Shown piece by piece: positions 49,968 to 64,000 of a stretch of DNA of 64,000 nucleotides (position 1 is the stretch's first letter; every line of letters begins with the position of its first letter). The notes beneath the pieces are model-generated. The model was given only the letters and a program-made list of their open reading frames with translations. It did not search any database and had not been told where the DNA came from. The stretch lies in assembly GCA_002269645.1 (NCBI GenBank), contig NIVC01001072.1, positions 299,921-363,920 of the forward strand. The letters run 5' to 3'. Both the position numbers and the translations under genes were made by a program. Origin of the DNA: Macrostomum lignano. Lineage: Eukaryota.

Positions 49968-52305
49968 GTCTGCAATCAGAGTCTGCAATCAAAGTCTGCA
50001 ATCAAAGTCTGCAATCAAAGTCTGCAATCAAAGTCTGCAATCAGAGTCTGCAATCAAAGTCTGCGATCAGAGTCTGCAGCCTAAATCTGCAATCAAAGTC
50101 TGCGATCAGAGTTTGCAGCCTAAATCTGCAATCAAAGTCTGCAATCAGAGTCTGCAATCAGAGTCTGCAATCAAAGTCTGCAATCAGAGTCTGCAATCAG
50201 AGTGTGCAATCAAAGTCTGCAATCAAAGTCTGCAATCAGAGTGTGCAATCAAAGTCTGCAATCAAAGTCTGCAATCAAAGTCTGCAATCAAAGTCTGCAA
50301 TCAGAGTCTGCAATCAAAGTCTGCAATCAAAGTCTGCAATCAAAGTCTGCAATCAAAGTCTGCAATCAGAGTCTGCAATCAGAGTCTGCAATCAAAGTCT
50401 GCAATCAAAGTCTGCAATCAAAGTAAGTCTGCAATCAAAGTCTGCAATCAAAGTCTGCAATCAGAGTCTGCAATCAAAGTCTGCAATCAAAGTCTGCAAT
50501 CAAAGTAAGTCTGCAATCAAAGTCTGCAATCAGAGTCTGCAATCAGAGTCTGCAATCAAAGTCTGCAATCAAAGTCTGCAATCAAAGTAAGTCTGCAATC
50601 AAAGTCTGCAATCAGAGTCTGCAATCAGAGTCTGCAATCAAAGTCTGCAATCAAAGTCTGTAATCAAAGTCTGCAATCAGAGTCTGCAATCAAAGTCTGC
50701 AATCAAAGTCTGCAATCAGAGTCTGCAATCAGAGTCTGCAATCAAAGTCTGCAATCAAAGTCTGCAATCAAAGTAAGTCTGCAATCAAAGTAAGTCTGCA
50801 ATCAAAGTCTGCAATCAAAGTCTGCAATCAAAGTAAGTCTGCAATCAAAGTCTGCAATCAAAGTAAGTCTGAAATCAAAGTCTGCAATCAAAGTCTGCAA
50901 TCAAAGTCTGCAATCAAAGTCTGTAATCAAAGTCTGCAATCAAAGTCTGCAATCAGAGTCTGCAATCAGAGTCTGCAATCAAAGTCTGCAATCAAAGTAA
51001 GTCTGCAATCAAAGTCTGCAATCAAAGTAAGTCTGCAATCAAAGTCTGCAATCAAAGTCTGCAATAAAAGTCTGCAATCAAAGTCTGCAATCAAAGTCTG
51101 TAATCAAAGTCTGCAATCAAAGTCTGCAATCAGAGTCTGCAATCAGAGTCTGCAATCAAAGTCTGCAATCAAAGTCTGCAATCAAAGTAAGTCTGCAATC
51201 AAAGTCTGCAATCAAAGTCTGCAATCAAAGTCTGCAATCAAAGTCTGTAATCAAAGTCTGCAATCAAAGTCTGCAATCAGAGTCTGCAATCAGAGTCTGC
51301 AATCAAAGTCTGCAATCAAAGTAAGTCTGCTGCAATCAAAGTCTGCAATCAAAGTAAGTCTGCAATCAAAGTCTGCAATCAAAGTCTGCAATCAAAGTCT
51401 GCAATCAAAGTCTGCAATCAAAGTCTGTAATCAAAGTCTGCAATCAAAGTCTGCAATCAAAGTCTGCAATCAGAGTCTGCAATCAAAGTCTGCAATTAAA
51501 GTAAGTCTGCAATCAAAGTCTGCAATCAAAGTAAGTCTGCAATCAAAGTCTGCAATCAAAGTCTGCAATCAAAGTCTGCAATCAAAGTCTGCAATCAAAG
51601 TCTGTAATCAAAGTCTGCAATCAAAGTCTGCAATCAGAGTCTGCAATCAGAGTCTGCAATCAAAGTCTGCAATCAAAGTAAGTCTGCAATCAAAGTCTGC
51701 AATCAAAGTAAGTCTGCAATCAAAGTCTGCAATCAAAGTCTGCAATCAAAGTCTGCAATCAAAGTCTGCAATCAAAGTCTGCAATCAAAGTCTGCAATCA
51801 AAGTTTGCAATCAGAGTCTATAATCAGAGTCTGCAATCAAAGTTTGCAATCAAAGTCTATAATAAGAGTCTGCAATCAAAGTCTGCATTCAAAGTCTGCA
51901 ATCAAAGTCTGCAATCAGAGTCTATATTCAGAGTCTGCAATAAGATCTGCATTCAAAGTCTGCAATCAAAGTCTGCAATCAGAGTCTGCAATCAAAGTTT
52001 GCAATCAAAGTCTGCAATCAAAGTCTGCAATCAGAGTCTATATTCAGAGTCTGCAATCAAAGTCTGCAATCAAAGTCTGCAATCAAAGTCTGCAATCAGA
52101 GTCTATATTCAGAGTCTGCAATAAGATCTGCATTCAAAGTCTGCAATCAAAGTCTGCAATCAGAGTCTGCAATCAAAGTTTGCAATCAAAGTCTGCAATC
52201 AAAGTCTGCAATCAAAGTTTGCAATAAGATCTGCAATCAAAGTCTATAATCAAATTCTGCAATCAGAGTCTGCAATCAAAGTCTATAATTAAATTCTGCA
52301 AAAAA
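49968..52305. repeat. 13-bp satellite (gtctgcaatca[a/g]a)
   Basis: Read directly; gives the 13-aa periodic ORFs. Confidence 0.96.
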
Positions 52306-52739
52306 ATCTGCAAAAAAGTGCTCAGCAAGGTCAATATTTCGCCGCCAGCAGCTCTTGAAGATTAAACAAGAATCGCAACTACCAGCTGCTTCCATGCTAC
52401 TTCAGCCACCTAGAAGCAGTTTTTCAAATTCTTCTTTCTCACCTGCGCTCCAGGCTCAAGAAGGAAACTGGCCCTGGCAACGCAGCTGCGCTCCCTCAAA
52501 GATTTTAATTAACTTGAAAAATATTAATAAAAATTTTTCCCCCTAAATCCCCCTATAAAGCTATTTGCTGTTTGAGTCAGTCAATTTCCTTGACAACAAA
52601 AGCCCTTAGAGAAACGGATTTTCATTAGGATATTGTCTGCTCTCTGTTTCGAAAAGCGTTTTTCTAAAAAAAATTGTATTTTTTAAAAACATCTAACTCA
52701 ATAACAGGATTTGAATTCTCCTCTGTCGAAGGTTTAATT

Positions 52740-53000
52740 ATCGAAAAAGTCCGGACTAGAACAAGCACGTCTCGCATTAAAAATTAAACGGATATACGGA
52801 GACTGTGACTTCTGTTTGATGAAGGAAGGCAGCTGATTATACAAGTTCGAGGATTTGACTTGCAAGAGGAAACTGCTCTGTTTCCAGGTGTATTCGCGAT
52901 TTAATGAGAAACTCTGCAATTAACTGGAATGGGTGCTTGCGCCTGTCTCTTAATCCTGTATCTCTTTCTCTCCTATAGCCTGCTATTCTGTCTCTTATCA
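52740..53000 (-). pseudogene. Possible decayed 3' end of a CR1/L2-type LINE ORF2
   Basis: RKHPFQL and SFLLQVKSSNLYNQLPSFIK in different frames loosely resemble the RGH..KL ... WN.LP C-terminal motif. Confidence 0.28.
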
Positions 53001-53081
53001 ACTCAATTTCTTTTAACTTCACCTCCCATTCCCTCTTCGCAACATCTGCTGCAGCCGACGAGGGAATTAAATTTTCAATCT

Positions 53082-55105
53082 CTCTCTCCCTTCATCTCAT
53101 TTGCCTTCTCTCTCCCTCTCTCCCTGCATCTCCTTTGCCTTCTCTCTCCCTCTCTCCCTTCATCTCCTTTGCCTTCTCTCTCCCTGCATCTCATTTGCCT
53201 TCTCTCTCCCTCTCTCCCTGCATCTCATTTGCCTTCTCTCTCCATCTCTCCCTTCATCTCATTTGCCTTCTCTCTCCCTCTCTCCCTGCATCTCATTTGC
53301 CTTCTCTCTCCCTCTCTCCCTGCGTCTCCTTTGCCTTCTCTCTCCCTCTCTCCCTTCATCTCCTTTGTTTTCTCTCTCCCTCTCTCCCTTCATCTCCTTT
53401 GCCTTCTCTCTCCCTCTCTCCCTGCATCTCCTTTGCCTTCTCTCTCCCTCTCTCCCTTCATCTCATTTGCCTTCTCTCTCCCTCTCTGCCTGCATCTCCT
53501 TTGCCTTCTCTCTCCCTCTCTCCCTTCATCTCATTTGCCTTCTTTCTCCCTCTCTCCCTGCATCTCCTTTGCCTTCTCTCTCCCTCTCTCTCTCTCTGCA
53601 TCTCCTTTGCCTTCTCTCTCCCTCTCTCCCTGCATCTCATTTGCCTTCTCTCTCCCTCTCTCCCTTCATCTCATTTGCCTTCTCTCTCCCTCTCTCCCTG
53701 CATCTCCTTTGCCTTCTCTCTCCCTCTCTCCCTGCATCTCATTTGCCTTCTCTCTCCCTCTCTCCCTGCAACTCCTTTGCCTTCTCTCTCCCTCTCTCCC
53801 TTCATCTCATTTGCCTTCTCTCTCCCTCTCTGCCTGCATCTCCTTTGCCTTCTCTCTCCCTCTCTCCCTTCATCTCATTTGCCTTCTTTCTCCCTCTCTC
53901 CCTGCATCTCCTTTGCCTTCTCTCTCCCTCTCTCTCTCTCTCTGCATCTCCTTTGCCTTCTCTCTCCCTCTCTCCCTGCATCTCATTTGCCTTCTCTCTC
54001 CCTCTCTCCCTTCATCTCATTTGCCTTCTCTCTCCCTCTCTCCCTGCATCTCCTTTGCCTTCTCTCTCCCTCTCTCCCTGCATCTCATTTGCCTTCTCTC
54101 TCCCTCTCTCCCTGCAACTCCTTTGCCTTCTCTCTCCCTCTCTCCCTTCATCTCCTTTGCCTTCTCTCTCCCTCTCTCCCTTCATCTCCTTTGTTTTCTC
54201 TCTCCTCTCTCCCTTCATCTCCTTTGCCTTCTCTCTCCCTCTCTCCCTGCATCTCCTTTGCCTTCTCTCTCCCTCTCTCCCTTCATCTCATTTGCCTTCT
54301 CTCTCCCTCTCTGCCTGCATCTCCTTTGCCTTCTCTCTCCCTCTCTCCCTTCATCTCATTTGCCTTCTTTCTCCCTCTCTCCCTGCATCTCCTTTGCCTT
54401 CTCTCTCCCTCTCTCTCTCTCTGCATCTCCTTTGCCTTCTCTCTCCCTCTCTCCCTGCATCTCATTTGCCTTCTCTCTCCCTCTCTCCCTTCATCTCATT
54501 TGCCTTCTCTCTCCCTCTCTCCCTGCATCTCCTTTGCCTTCTCTCTCCCTCTCTCCCTGCATCTCATTTGCCTTCTCTCTCCCTCTCTCCCTGCAACTCC
54601 TTTGCCTTCTCTCTCCCTCTCTCCCTTCATCTCATTTGCCTTCTCTCTCCCTCTCTGCCTGCATCTCCTTTGCCTTCTCTCTCCCTCTCTCCCTTCATCT
54701 CATTTGCCTTCTTTCTCCCTCTCTCCCTGCATCTCCTTTGCCTTCTCTCTCCCTCTCTCTCTCTCTCTGCATCTCCTTTGCCTTCTCTCTCCCTCTCTCC
54801 CTGCATCTCATTTGCCTTCTCTCTCCCTCTCTCCCTTCATCTCATTTGCCTTCTCTCTCCCTCTCTCCCTGCATCTCCTTTGCCTTCTCTCTCCCTCTCT
54901 CCCTGCATCTCATTTGCCTTCTCTCTCCCTCTCTCCCTGCAACTCCTTTGCCTTCTCTCTCCCTCTCTCCCTTCATCTCCTTTGCCTTCTCTCTCCCTCT
55001 CTCCCTTCATCTCATTTGCCTTCTCTCTCCCTCTCTCCCTGCATCTCCTTTGCCTTCTCTCTTCATCTCTCCCTGCATCTCATTTGCCTTCTCTCTCTCT
55101 CCTTC
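53082..55105. repeat. 34-bp CT-rich satellite (gcatctc[c/a]tttgccttctctctccctctctccct) with higher-order duplication
   Basis: Identical track ORFs at 53458 and 54283 show an 825-bp duplication. Confidence 0.95.
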
Positions 55106-55810
55106 ATCTTATTTCGCTTCACTCTCCCCATACCCCCTCTCAATTAGGTCTAACACTTCCCCAATAATCTCCCAGACAAGGGCGCTACAAGCAAGCTACG
55201 CACAAAGATCTGCATAATTTATTACCGAATGCAGTGCAATTCTGAGCTGAGTATTCGGCTCAGCTATACGGCAATGCACTATAAAACCAACGGTACTCGG
55301 TCGGTACTTGTTGACTTTGCCAGTTTCCACCCTTGATATTCTGAATTCCCATTTTTTGTTATCTCAATAATTCCCCTCTCCCAAGTGTCTCCCGCAGCCC
55401 TCCGGTTGAGTCGGCGATAAAAAATGCATGCCAAAAGAATTTAGACTAAAATTTTTCATATTTATTTTTAATTACAGGCCAAGAAATTATTTCCCCCTCT
55501 GGGATTTGGCCTCGATGGAGAATGGGGAGGGTTGAAGGGACGCCTCACTGCGTCTGGAGTCTGATCCCATCCCAGAGATCAGCCTGCTTAGCCGTTCAAT
55601 CAATCAATTGGTAAAAGATATCACAGAACGGGAGGCATTAAGCCCAGTATCTTGATGCAGCTATTTGGCCTAGACACTAAAGCTGGCACTAATTGCATTG
55701 CAAATTGCTATTGTAGGAACAGTCCAATTTACAGTGTACTTACCAGTATCGAAGAGACTTTTAAAAGAAAAAAGTTTGTGCCCTTGACATCAGAAAACCG
55801 CAGGAATTCT

Positions 55811-58800
55811 CAGTGACACACCAACAGCACATCCAGGATGCATTGGTGACTGTGTCAGTGACACACCAACAACACACCCAGGATGCATTGGTGACTGTGT
55901 CAGTGACACACCAACAACACACCCAGGATGCATTGGTGACTGTGTCAGTGACACACCAACAACACATCCAGGATGCATTGGTGACTGTGTCAGTGACACA
56001 CCAACAACACACCCAGGATGCATTGGTGACTGTGTCAGTGACACACCAACAGCACACCCAGGATGCATTGGTGACTGTGTCAGTGACACACCAACAACAC
56101 ACCCAGGATGCATTGGTGACTGTCAGTGACACACCAACAACACACCCAGGATGCATTGGTGACTGTGTCAGTGACACACCAACAACACACCCAGGATGCA
56201 TTGGTGACTGTGTCAGTGACACACCAACAACACACCCAGGATGCATTGGAGACTGTGTCAGTGACACACCAACAGCAAACCCAGGATGCATTGGTGACTG
56301 TGTCAGTGACACACCAACAGCAAACCCAGGATGCATTGGTGACTGTGTCAGTGACACACCAACAGCACACCCAGGATGCATTGGTGACTGTGTCAGTGAC
56401 ACACCAACAACACACCCAGGATGCATTGGAGACTGTGTCAGTGACACACCAACAGCAAACCCAGGATGCATTGGTGACTGTGTCAGTGACACACCAACAG
56501 CACACCCAGGATGCATTGGTGACTGTGTCAGTGACACACCAACAGCACACCCAGGATGCATTGGTGACTGTGTCAGTGACACACCAACAACACACCCAGG
56601 ATGCATTGGTGACTGTGTCAGTGACACACCAACAGCAAACTCAGGATGCATTGGTGACTGTGTCAGTGACACACCAACAACACACCCAGGATGCATTGGT
56701 GACTGTGTCAGTGACACACCAACAACACATCCAGGATGTAGTGGTGACTGTGTCAGTGACACACCAACAACACATCCAGGATGTAGTGGTGACTGTGTCA
56801 GTGACACACCAACAACACATCCAGGATGTAGTGGTGACTGTGTCAGTGACACACCAACAACACATCCAGGATGTAGTGGTGACTGTGTCAGTGACACACC
56901 AACAACACATCCAGGATGTAGTGGTGACTGTGTCAGTGACACACCAACAACACATCCAGGATGTAGTGGTGACTGTGTCAGTGACACACCAACAACACAC
57001 CCAGGATGCATTGGTGACTGTGTCAGTGACACCTCAACAACACATCCAGGATGTAGTGGTGACTGTGTCAGTGACACACCAACAGCACACCCAGGATGCA
57101 TTGGTGACTGTGTCAGTGACACACCAACAACACACCCAGGATGCATTGGTGACTGTGTCAGTGACACACCAACAACACACCCAGGATGCATTGGAGACTG
57201 TGTCAGTGACACACCAACAACACACCAGGATGCATTGGTGACTGTGTCAGTGACACACCAACAGCAACACCCAGGATGCATTGGTGACTGTGTCAGTGAC
57301 ACACCAACAGCACACCCAGGATGCATTGGTGACTGTGTCAGTGACACACCAACAACACACCCAGGATGCATTGGTGACTGTGTCAGTGACACACCAACAA
57401 CACACCCAGGATGCATTGGTGACTGTGTCAGTGACACACCAACAACACACCCAGGATGCATTGGTGACTGTGTCAGTGACACACCAACAACACATCCAGG
57501 ATGCATTGGTGACTGTGTCAGTGACACACCAACAGCACACCCAGGATGCATTGGTGACTGTGTCAGTGACACACCAACAGCACACCCAGGATGCATTGGT
57601 GACTGTGTCAGTGACACACCAACAACACATCCAGGATGTAGTGGTGACTGTGTCAGTGACACACCAACAACACATCCAGGATGTAGTGGTGACTGCGTCA
57701 GTGACACACCAACAACACACCCAGGATGCATTGGTGACTGTGTCAGTGACACACCAACAACACATCCAGGATGTAGTGGTGACTGTGTCAGTGACACACC
57801 AACAACACACCCAGGATGCATTGGTGACTGTGTCAGTGACACACCAACAACACACCAGGATGCATTGGTGACTGTGTCAGTGACACACCAACAACACACC
57901 CAGGATGCATTGGTGACTGTGTCAGTGACACACCAACAGCACACCCAGGATGCATTGGTGACTGTGTCAGTGACACACCAACAACACATCCAGGATGCAT
58001 TGGTGACTGTGTCAGTGACACACCAACAACACATCCAGGATGTAGTGGTGACTGTGTCAGTGACACACCAACAACACATCCAGGATGTAGTGGTGACTGT
58101 GTCAGTGACACACCAACAGCACACCCAGGATGCATTGGTGACTGTGTCAGTGACACACCAACAACACATCCAGGATGTAGTGGTGACTGTGTCAGTGACA
58201 CACCAACAACACACCCAGGATGCATTGGTGACTGTGTCAGTGACACACCAACAACACATCCAGGATGTAGTGGTGACTGTGTCAGTGACACACCAACAAC
58301 ACATCCAGGATGTAGTGGTGACTGTGTCAGTGACACACCAACAACACATCCAGGATGCATTGGTGACTGTGTCAGTGACACACCAACAACACATCCAGGA
58401 TGTAGTGGTGACTGTGTCAGTGACACACCAACAACACATCCAGGATGTAGTGGTGACTGTGTCAGTGACACACCAACAACACATCCAGGATGTAGTGGTG
58501 ACTGTGTCAGTGACACACCAACAACACATCCAGGATGTAGTGGTGACTGTGTCAGTGACACACCAACAACACACCCAGGATGCATTGGTGACTGTGTCAG
58601 TGACACACCAACAGCACACCCAGGATGCATTGGTGACTGTGTCAGTGACACACCAACAGCACATCCAGGATGTAGTGGTGACTGTGTCAGTGACACACCA
58701 ACAACACATCCAGGATGCATTGGTGACTGTGTCAGTGACACACCAACAGCACACCCAGGATGCATTGGTGACTGTGTCAGTGACACACCAACAACACACC

Positions 58801-61800
58801 CAGGATGCATTGGTGACTGTGTCAGTGACACACCAACAACACATCCAGGATGTAGTGGTGACTGTGTCAGTGACACACCAACAGCACACCCAGGATGCAT
58901 TGGTGACTGTGTCAGTGACACACCAACAGCACACCCAGGATGCATTGGTGACTGTGTCAGTGACACACCAACAACACATCCAGGATGTAGTGGGGACTGT
59001 GTCAGTGACACACCAACAACACGCCCAGGATGCAGTGGTGACTGTGTCAGTGACACACCAACAACACATCCAGGATGTAGTGGTGACTGTGTCAGTGACA
59101 CACCAACAGCACACCCAGGATGCATTGGTGACTGTGTCAGTGACACACCAACAGCACACCCAGGATGCATTGGTGACTGTGTCAGTGACACACCAACAAC
59201 ACATCCAGGATGTAGTGGTGACTGTGTCAGTGACACACCAACAACACACCCAGGATGCATTGGTGACTGTGTCAGTGACACACCAACAACACACCCAGGA
59301 TGCATTGGTGACTGTGTCAGTGACACACCAACAACACACCCAGGATGCATTGGTGACTGTGTCAGTGACACACCAACAACACATCCAGGATGTAGTGGTG
59401 ACTGTGTCAGTGACACACCAACAACACACCCAGGATGCATTGGTGACTGTGTCAGTGACACACCAACAACACACCCAGGATGCATTGGTGACTGTGTCAG
59501 TGACACACCAACAACACATCCAGGATGCATTGGTGACTGTGTCAGTGACACACCAACAGCACACCCAGGATGCATTGGTGACTGTGTCAGTGACACACCA
59601 ACAACACATCCAGGATGTAGTGGTGACTGTGTCAGTGACACACCAACAACACATCCAGGATGTAGTGGTGACTGTGTCAGTGACACACCAACAACACACC
59701 CAGGATGCATTGGTGACTGTGTCAGTGACACACCAACAACACACCCAGGATGCATTGGTGACTGTGTCAGTGACACACCAACAACACACCCAGGATGCAT
59801 TGGTGACTGTGTCAGTGACACACCAACAGCACACCAAGGATGCATTGGTGACTGTGTCAGTGACACACCAACAACACACCCAGGATGCATTGGTGACTGT
59901 GTCAGTGACACACCAACAACACACCCAGGATGCATTGGTGACTGTGTCAGTGACACACCAACAGCACACCCAGGATGCATTGGTGACCTGTGTCAGTGAC
60001 ACACCAACAGCACACCCAGGATGCATTGGTGACTGTGTCAGTGACACACCAACAACACATCCAGGATGTAGTGGTGACTGTGTCAGTGACACACCAACAG
60101 CACACCCAGGATGCATTGGTGACTGTGTCAGTGACACACCAACAGCACACCCAGGATGCATTGGTGACTGTGTCAGTGACACACCAACAACACATCCAGG
60201 ATGTAGTGGTGACTGTGTCAGTGACACACCAACAACACACCCAGGATGCAGTGGTGACTGTGTCAGTGACACACCAACAACACATCCAGGATGTAGTGGT
60301 GACTGTGTCAGTGACACACCAACAACACATCCAGGATGTAGTGGTGACTGTGTCAGTGACACACCAACAACACATCCAGGATGTAGTGGACTGTGTCAGT
60401 GACACACCAACAACACACCCAGGATGCAGTGGTGACTGTGTCAGTGACACACCAACAACACACCCAGGATGCATTGGTGACTGTGTCAGTGACACACCAA
60501 CAACACACCCAGGATGCATTGGTGACTGTGTCAGTGACACACCAACAGCACACCCAGGATGCATTGGTGACTGTGTCAGTGACACACCAACAACACATCC
60601 AGATGTATGTGACTGTGTCAGTGACACACCAACAACACATCCAGGATGTAGTGGTGACTGTGTCAGTGACACACCAACAACACACCCAGGATGTAGTGGT
60701 GACTGTGTCAGTGACACACCAACAACACACCCAGGATGCATTGGTGACTGTGTCAGTGACACACCAACAACACACCCAGGATGCATTGGTGACTGTGTCA
60801 GTGACACACCAACAACACACCCAGGATGCATTGGTGACTGTGTCAGTGACACACAACAACACACCCAGGATGCATTGGTGACTGTGTCAGTGACACACCA
60901 ACAACACACCCAGGATGCATTGGTGACTGTGTCAGTGACACACCAACAACACACCCAGGATGCATTGGTGACTGTGTCAGTGACACACCAACAGCACACC
61001 CAGGATGCATTGGTGACTGTGTCAGTGACACACCAACAACACACCCAGGATGCATTGGTGACTGTGTCAGTGACACACCAACAACACATCCAGGATGTAG
61101 TGGTGACTGTGTCTGTGACACACCAACAGCACACCAGGATGCATTGGTGACTGTGTCAGTGACACACCAACAGCACACCCAGGATGCATTGGTGACTGTG
61201 TCAGTGACACACAACAACACATCCAGGATGTATTGGTGACTGTGTCAGTGACACACCAACAACACACCCAGGATGCAGTGGTGACTGTGTCAGTGACACA
61301 CCAACAACACATCCAGGATGTAGTGGTGACTGTGTCAGTGACACACCAACAACACATCCAGGATGTAGTGGTGACTGTGTCAGTGACACACCAACAACAC
61401 ATCCAGGATGTAGTGGTGACTGTGTCAGTGACACACAACAACACATCCAGGATGCATTGGTGACTGTGTCAGTGACACACCAACAACCATCCAGGATGTA
61501 GTGGTGACTGTGTCAGTGACACACAACACACATCCAGGATGTAGTGGTGACTGTGTCAGTGACACACCAACAACACATCCAGGATGTAGTGGTGACTGTG
61601 TCAGTGACACACCAACAGCACACCCAGGATGCATTGGTGACTGTGTCAGTGACACACCAACAACACCCAGGATGCATTGGTGACTGTGTCAGTGACACAC
61701 CAACAACACCCAGGATGCATTGTGACTGTGTCAGTGACACACAACAGCACATCCAGGATGCAGTGGTGACTGTGTCAGTGACACCAACAACACACCAGGA

Positions 61801-64000
61801 TGCATTGGTGACTGTGTCAGTGACACACCAACAACACATCCAGGATGTATTGGTGACTGTGTCAGTGACACACCAACAACACATCCAGGATGTATTGGTG
61901 ACTGTGTCAGTGACACACCAACAACACATCCAGGATGTAGTGGTGACTGTGTCAGTGACACACCAACAGCACACCAGGATGCATTGGTGACTGTGTCAGT
62001 GACACACCAACAACACACCAGGATGCATTGGTGACTGTGTCAGTGACACACCAACAACACACCCAGGATGCATTGGTGACTGTGTCAGTGACACACCAAC
62101 AACACACCCAGGATGCATTGGTGACTGTGTCAGTGACACACCAACAACACACCCAGGATGCATTGGTGACTGTGTCAGTGACACACCAACAACACACCCA
62201 GGATGCATTGGTGACTGTGTCAGTGACACACCAACAACACATCCAGGATAGTGGTGACTGTGTCAGTGACACACCAACAACACACCCAGGATGCATTGGT
62301 GACTGTGTCAGTGACACACCAACAACACACCCAGGATGCATTGGTGACTGTGTCAGTGACACACCAACAACACATCCAGGATGTAGTGGTGACTGTGTCA
62401 GTGACACACCAACAACACACCCAGGATGCATTGGTGACTGTGTCAGTGACACACCAACAACACACCCAGGATGCATTGGTGACTGTGTCAGTGACACACC
62501 AACAACACATCCAGGATGTATTGGTGACTGTGTCAGTGACACACCAACAAGCACACCCAGGATGCATTGGTGACTGTGTCAGTGACACACCAACAGCACA
62601 CCAGGATGCATTGGTGACTGTGTCAGTGACACACCAACAACACATCCAGGATGTAGTGGTGACTGTGTCAGTGACACACCAACAACACACCCAGGATGCA
62701 TTGGTGACTGTGTCAGTGACACACCAACAACACATCCAGGATGCATTGGTGACTGTGTCAGTGACACACCAACAGCACACCCAGGATGCATTGGTGACTG
62801 TGTCAGTGACACACCAACACACACCAGGATGCATTGGTGACTGTGTCAGTGACACACCAAACACACCAGGATGTAGTGGTGACTGTGTCAGTGACACACC
62901 AACAACACATCCAGGATGTGGTGACTGTGTCAGTGACACACCAACAACACACCCAGGATGCATTGGTGACTGTGTCAGTGACACACCAACAACACACCCA
63001 GGATGCATTGGTGACTGTGTCAGTGACACACCAACAACACACCAGGATGCATTGGTGACTGTGTCAGTGACACACCAACAACACACCCAGGATGCATTGG
63101 TGACTGTGTCAGTGACACACCAACACACACCCAGGATGCATTGGTGACTGTGTCAGTGACACACCAAAACACACCCAGGATGCATTGGTGACTGTGTCAG
63201 TGACACACCAACAACACATCCAGGATGTATTGGTGACTGTGTCAGTGACACACCAACAACACACCCAGGATGCATTGGTGACTGTGTCAGTGACACACCA
63301 ACAACACATCCAGGATGCATTGGTGACTGTGTCAGTGACACACCAACAACACACCAGGATGCATTGGTGACTGTGTCAGTGACACACCAACAACACACCC
63401 AGGATGCATTGGTGACTGTGTCAGTGACACACCAACACACACCCAGGATGCATTGGTGACTGTGTCAGTGACACACCAACAACACATCCAGGATGCATTG
63501 GTGACTGTGTCAGTGACACACCAACAACACATCCAGGCATAGTGGTGACTGTGTCAGTGACACACAACAACACATCCAGGATGTAGTGGTGACTGTGTCA
63601 GTGACACACCAACACACATCCAGGATGTAGTGGTGACTGTGTCAGTGACACACCAACAACACACCCAGGATGCATTGGTGACTGTGTCAGTGACACACCA
63701 ACAACACACCCAGGATGCATTGGTGACTGTGTCAGTGACACACCAACACACACCCAGGATGCATTGGTGACTGTGTCAGTGACACACAACAACACATCCA
63801 GGCATGTAGTGGTGACTGTGTCAGTGACACACCAACACACACCAGGATGCATGGTGACTGTGTCAGTGACAACCAACAGCACACCCAGGATGCATTGTGA
63901 CTGTGTCAGTGACACACCAACAACACACCCAGGATGCATGTGGTGACTGTGTCAGTGACACACCAACAACACCCAGGATGTTGGTGACTGTGTCAGTGAC
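55811..64000. repeat. 45-bp satellite, ~180 copies, running off the right edge
   Basis: cagtgacacaccaacaacacacccaggatgcattggtgactgtgt with a few recurrent variants; no spacers. Confidence 0.98.

Noticed and set aside
52929-55217. 670-762 aa Leu/Ser/Pro ORFs
   Set aside because: Open in all three plus frames because CT-rich repeats lack stop codons.
55761-64000. Very long ORFs (up to 1533 aa) and a CRISPR-like appearance
   Set aside because: The 45-bp unit is a multiple of 3 and lacks stops in several frames on both strands. There are no unique spacers and no cas genes, so it is a satellite.

Overview
Repeat-rich animal genomic DNA. Spliceosomal introns, GC-rich exons and dense tandem repeats resemble a free-living flatworm such as Macrostomum, but the organism is an inference. 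Left third: an intact EnSpm/CACTA-type transposase with a divergent spliced partner ORF, several small hAT/foldback MITEs, SURF4 (+ strand; first exon not found), a 2.2-kb solo LTR, a 28S rRNA fragment, an unannotated 3-exon membrane-protein gene (+) and a complete 4-exon synaptogyrin gene (-). Most introns of these genes carry their own distinct tandem repeat. Middle (25.2-42.6 kb): a head-to-tail non-autonomous Helitron concatemer made of six ~350-bp units, a stack of 5'-end-only fragments and two ~5-kb units. Short and long units share a 5' end but use different terminators. The first long unit holds a P-element/THAP derivative and a 5'-truncated Gypsy, and the second long unit shows the empty site for both. 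Right third: a patchwork of six satellites/low-complexity arrays separated by short unique islands, some with exon-like splice signals. The long ORFs in the repeat arrays are artefacts. The Helitron concatemer is the most notable structure. Coordinates were counted by hand and may be off by a few bases.
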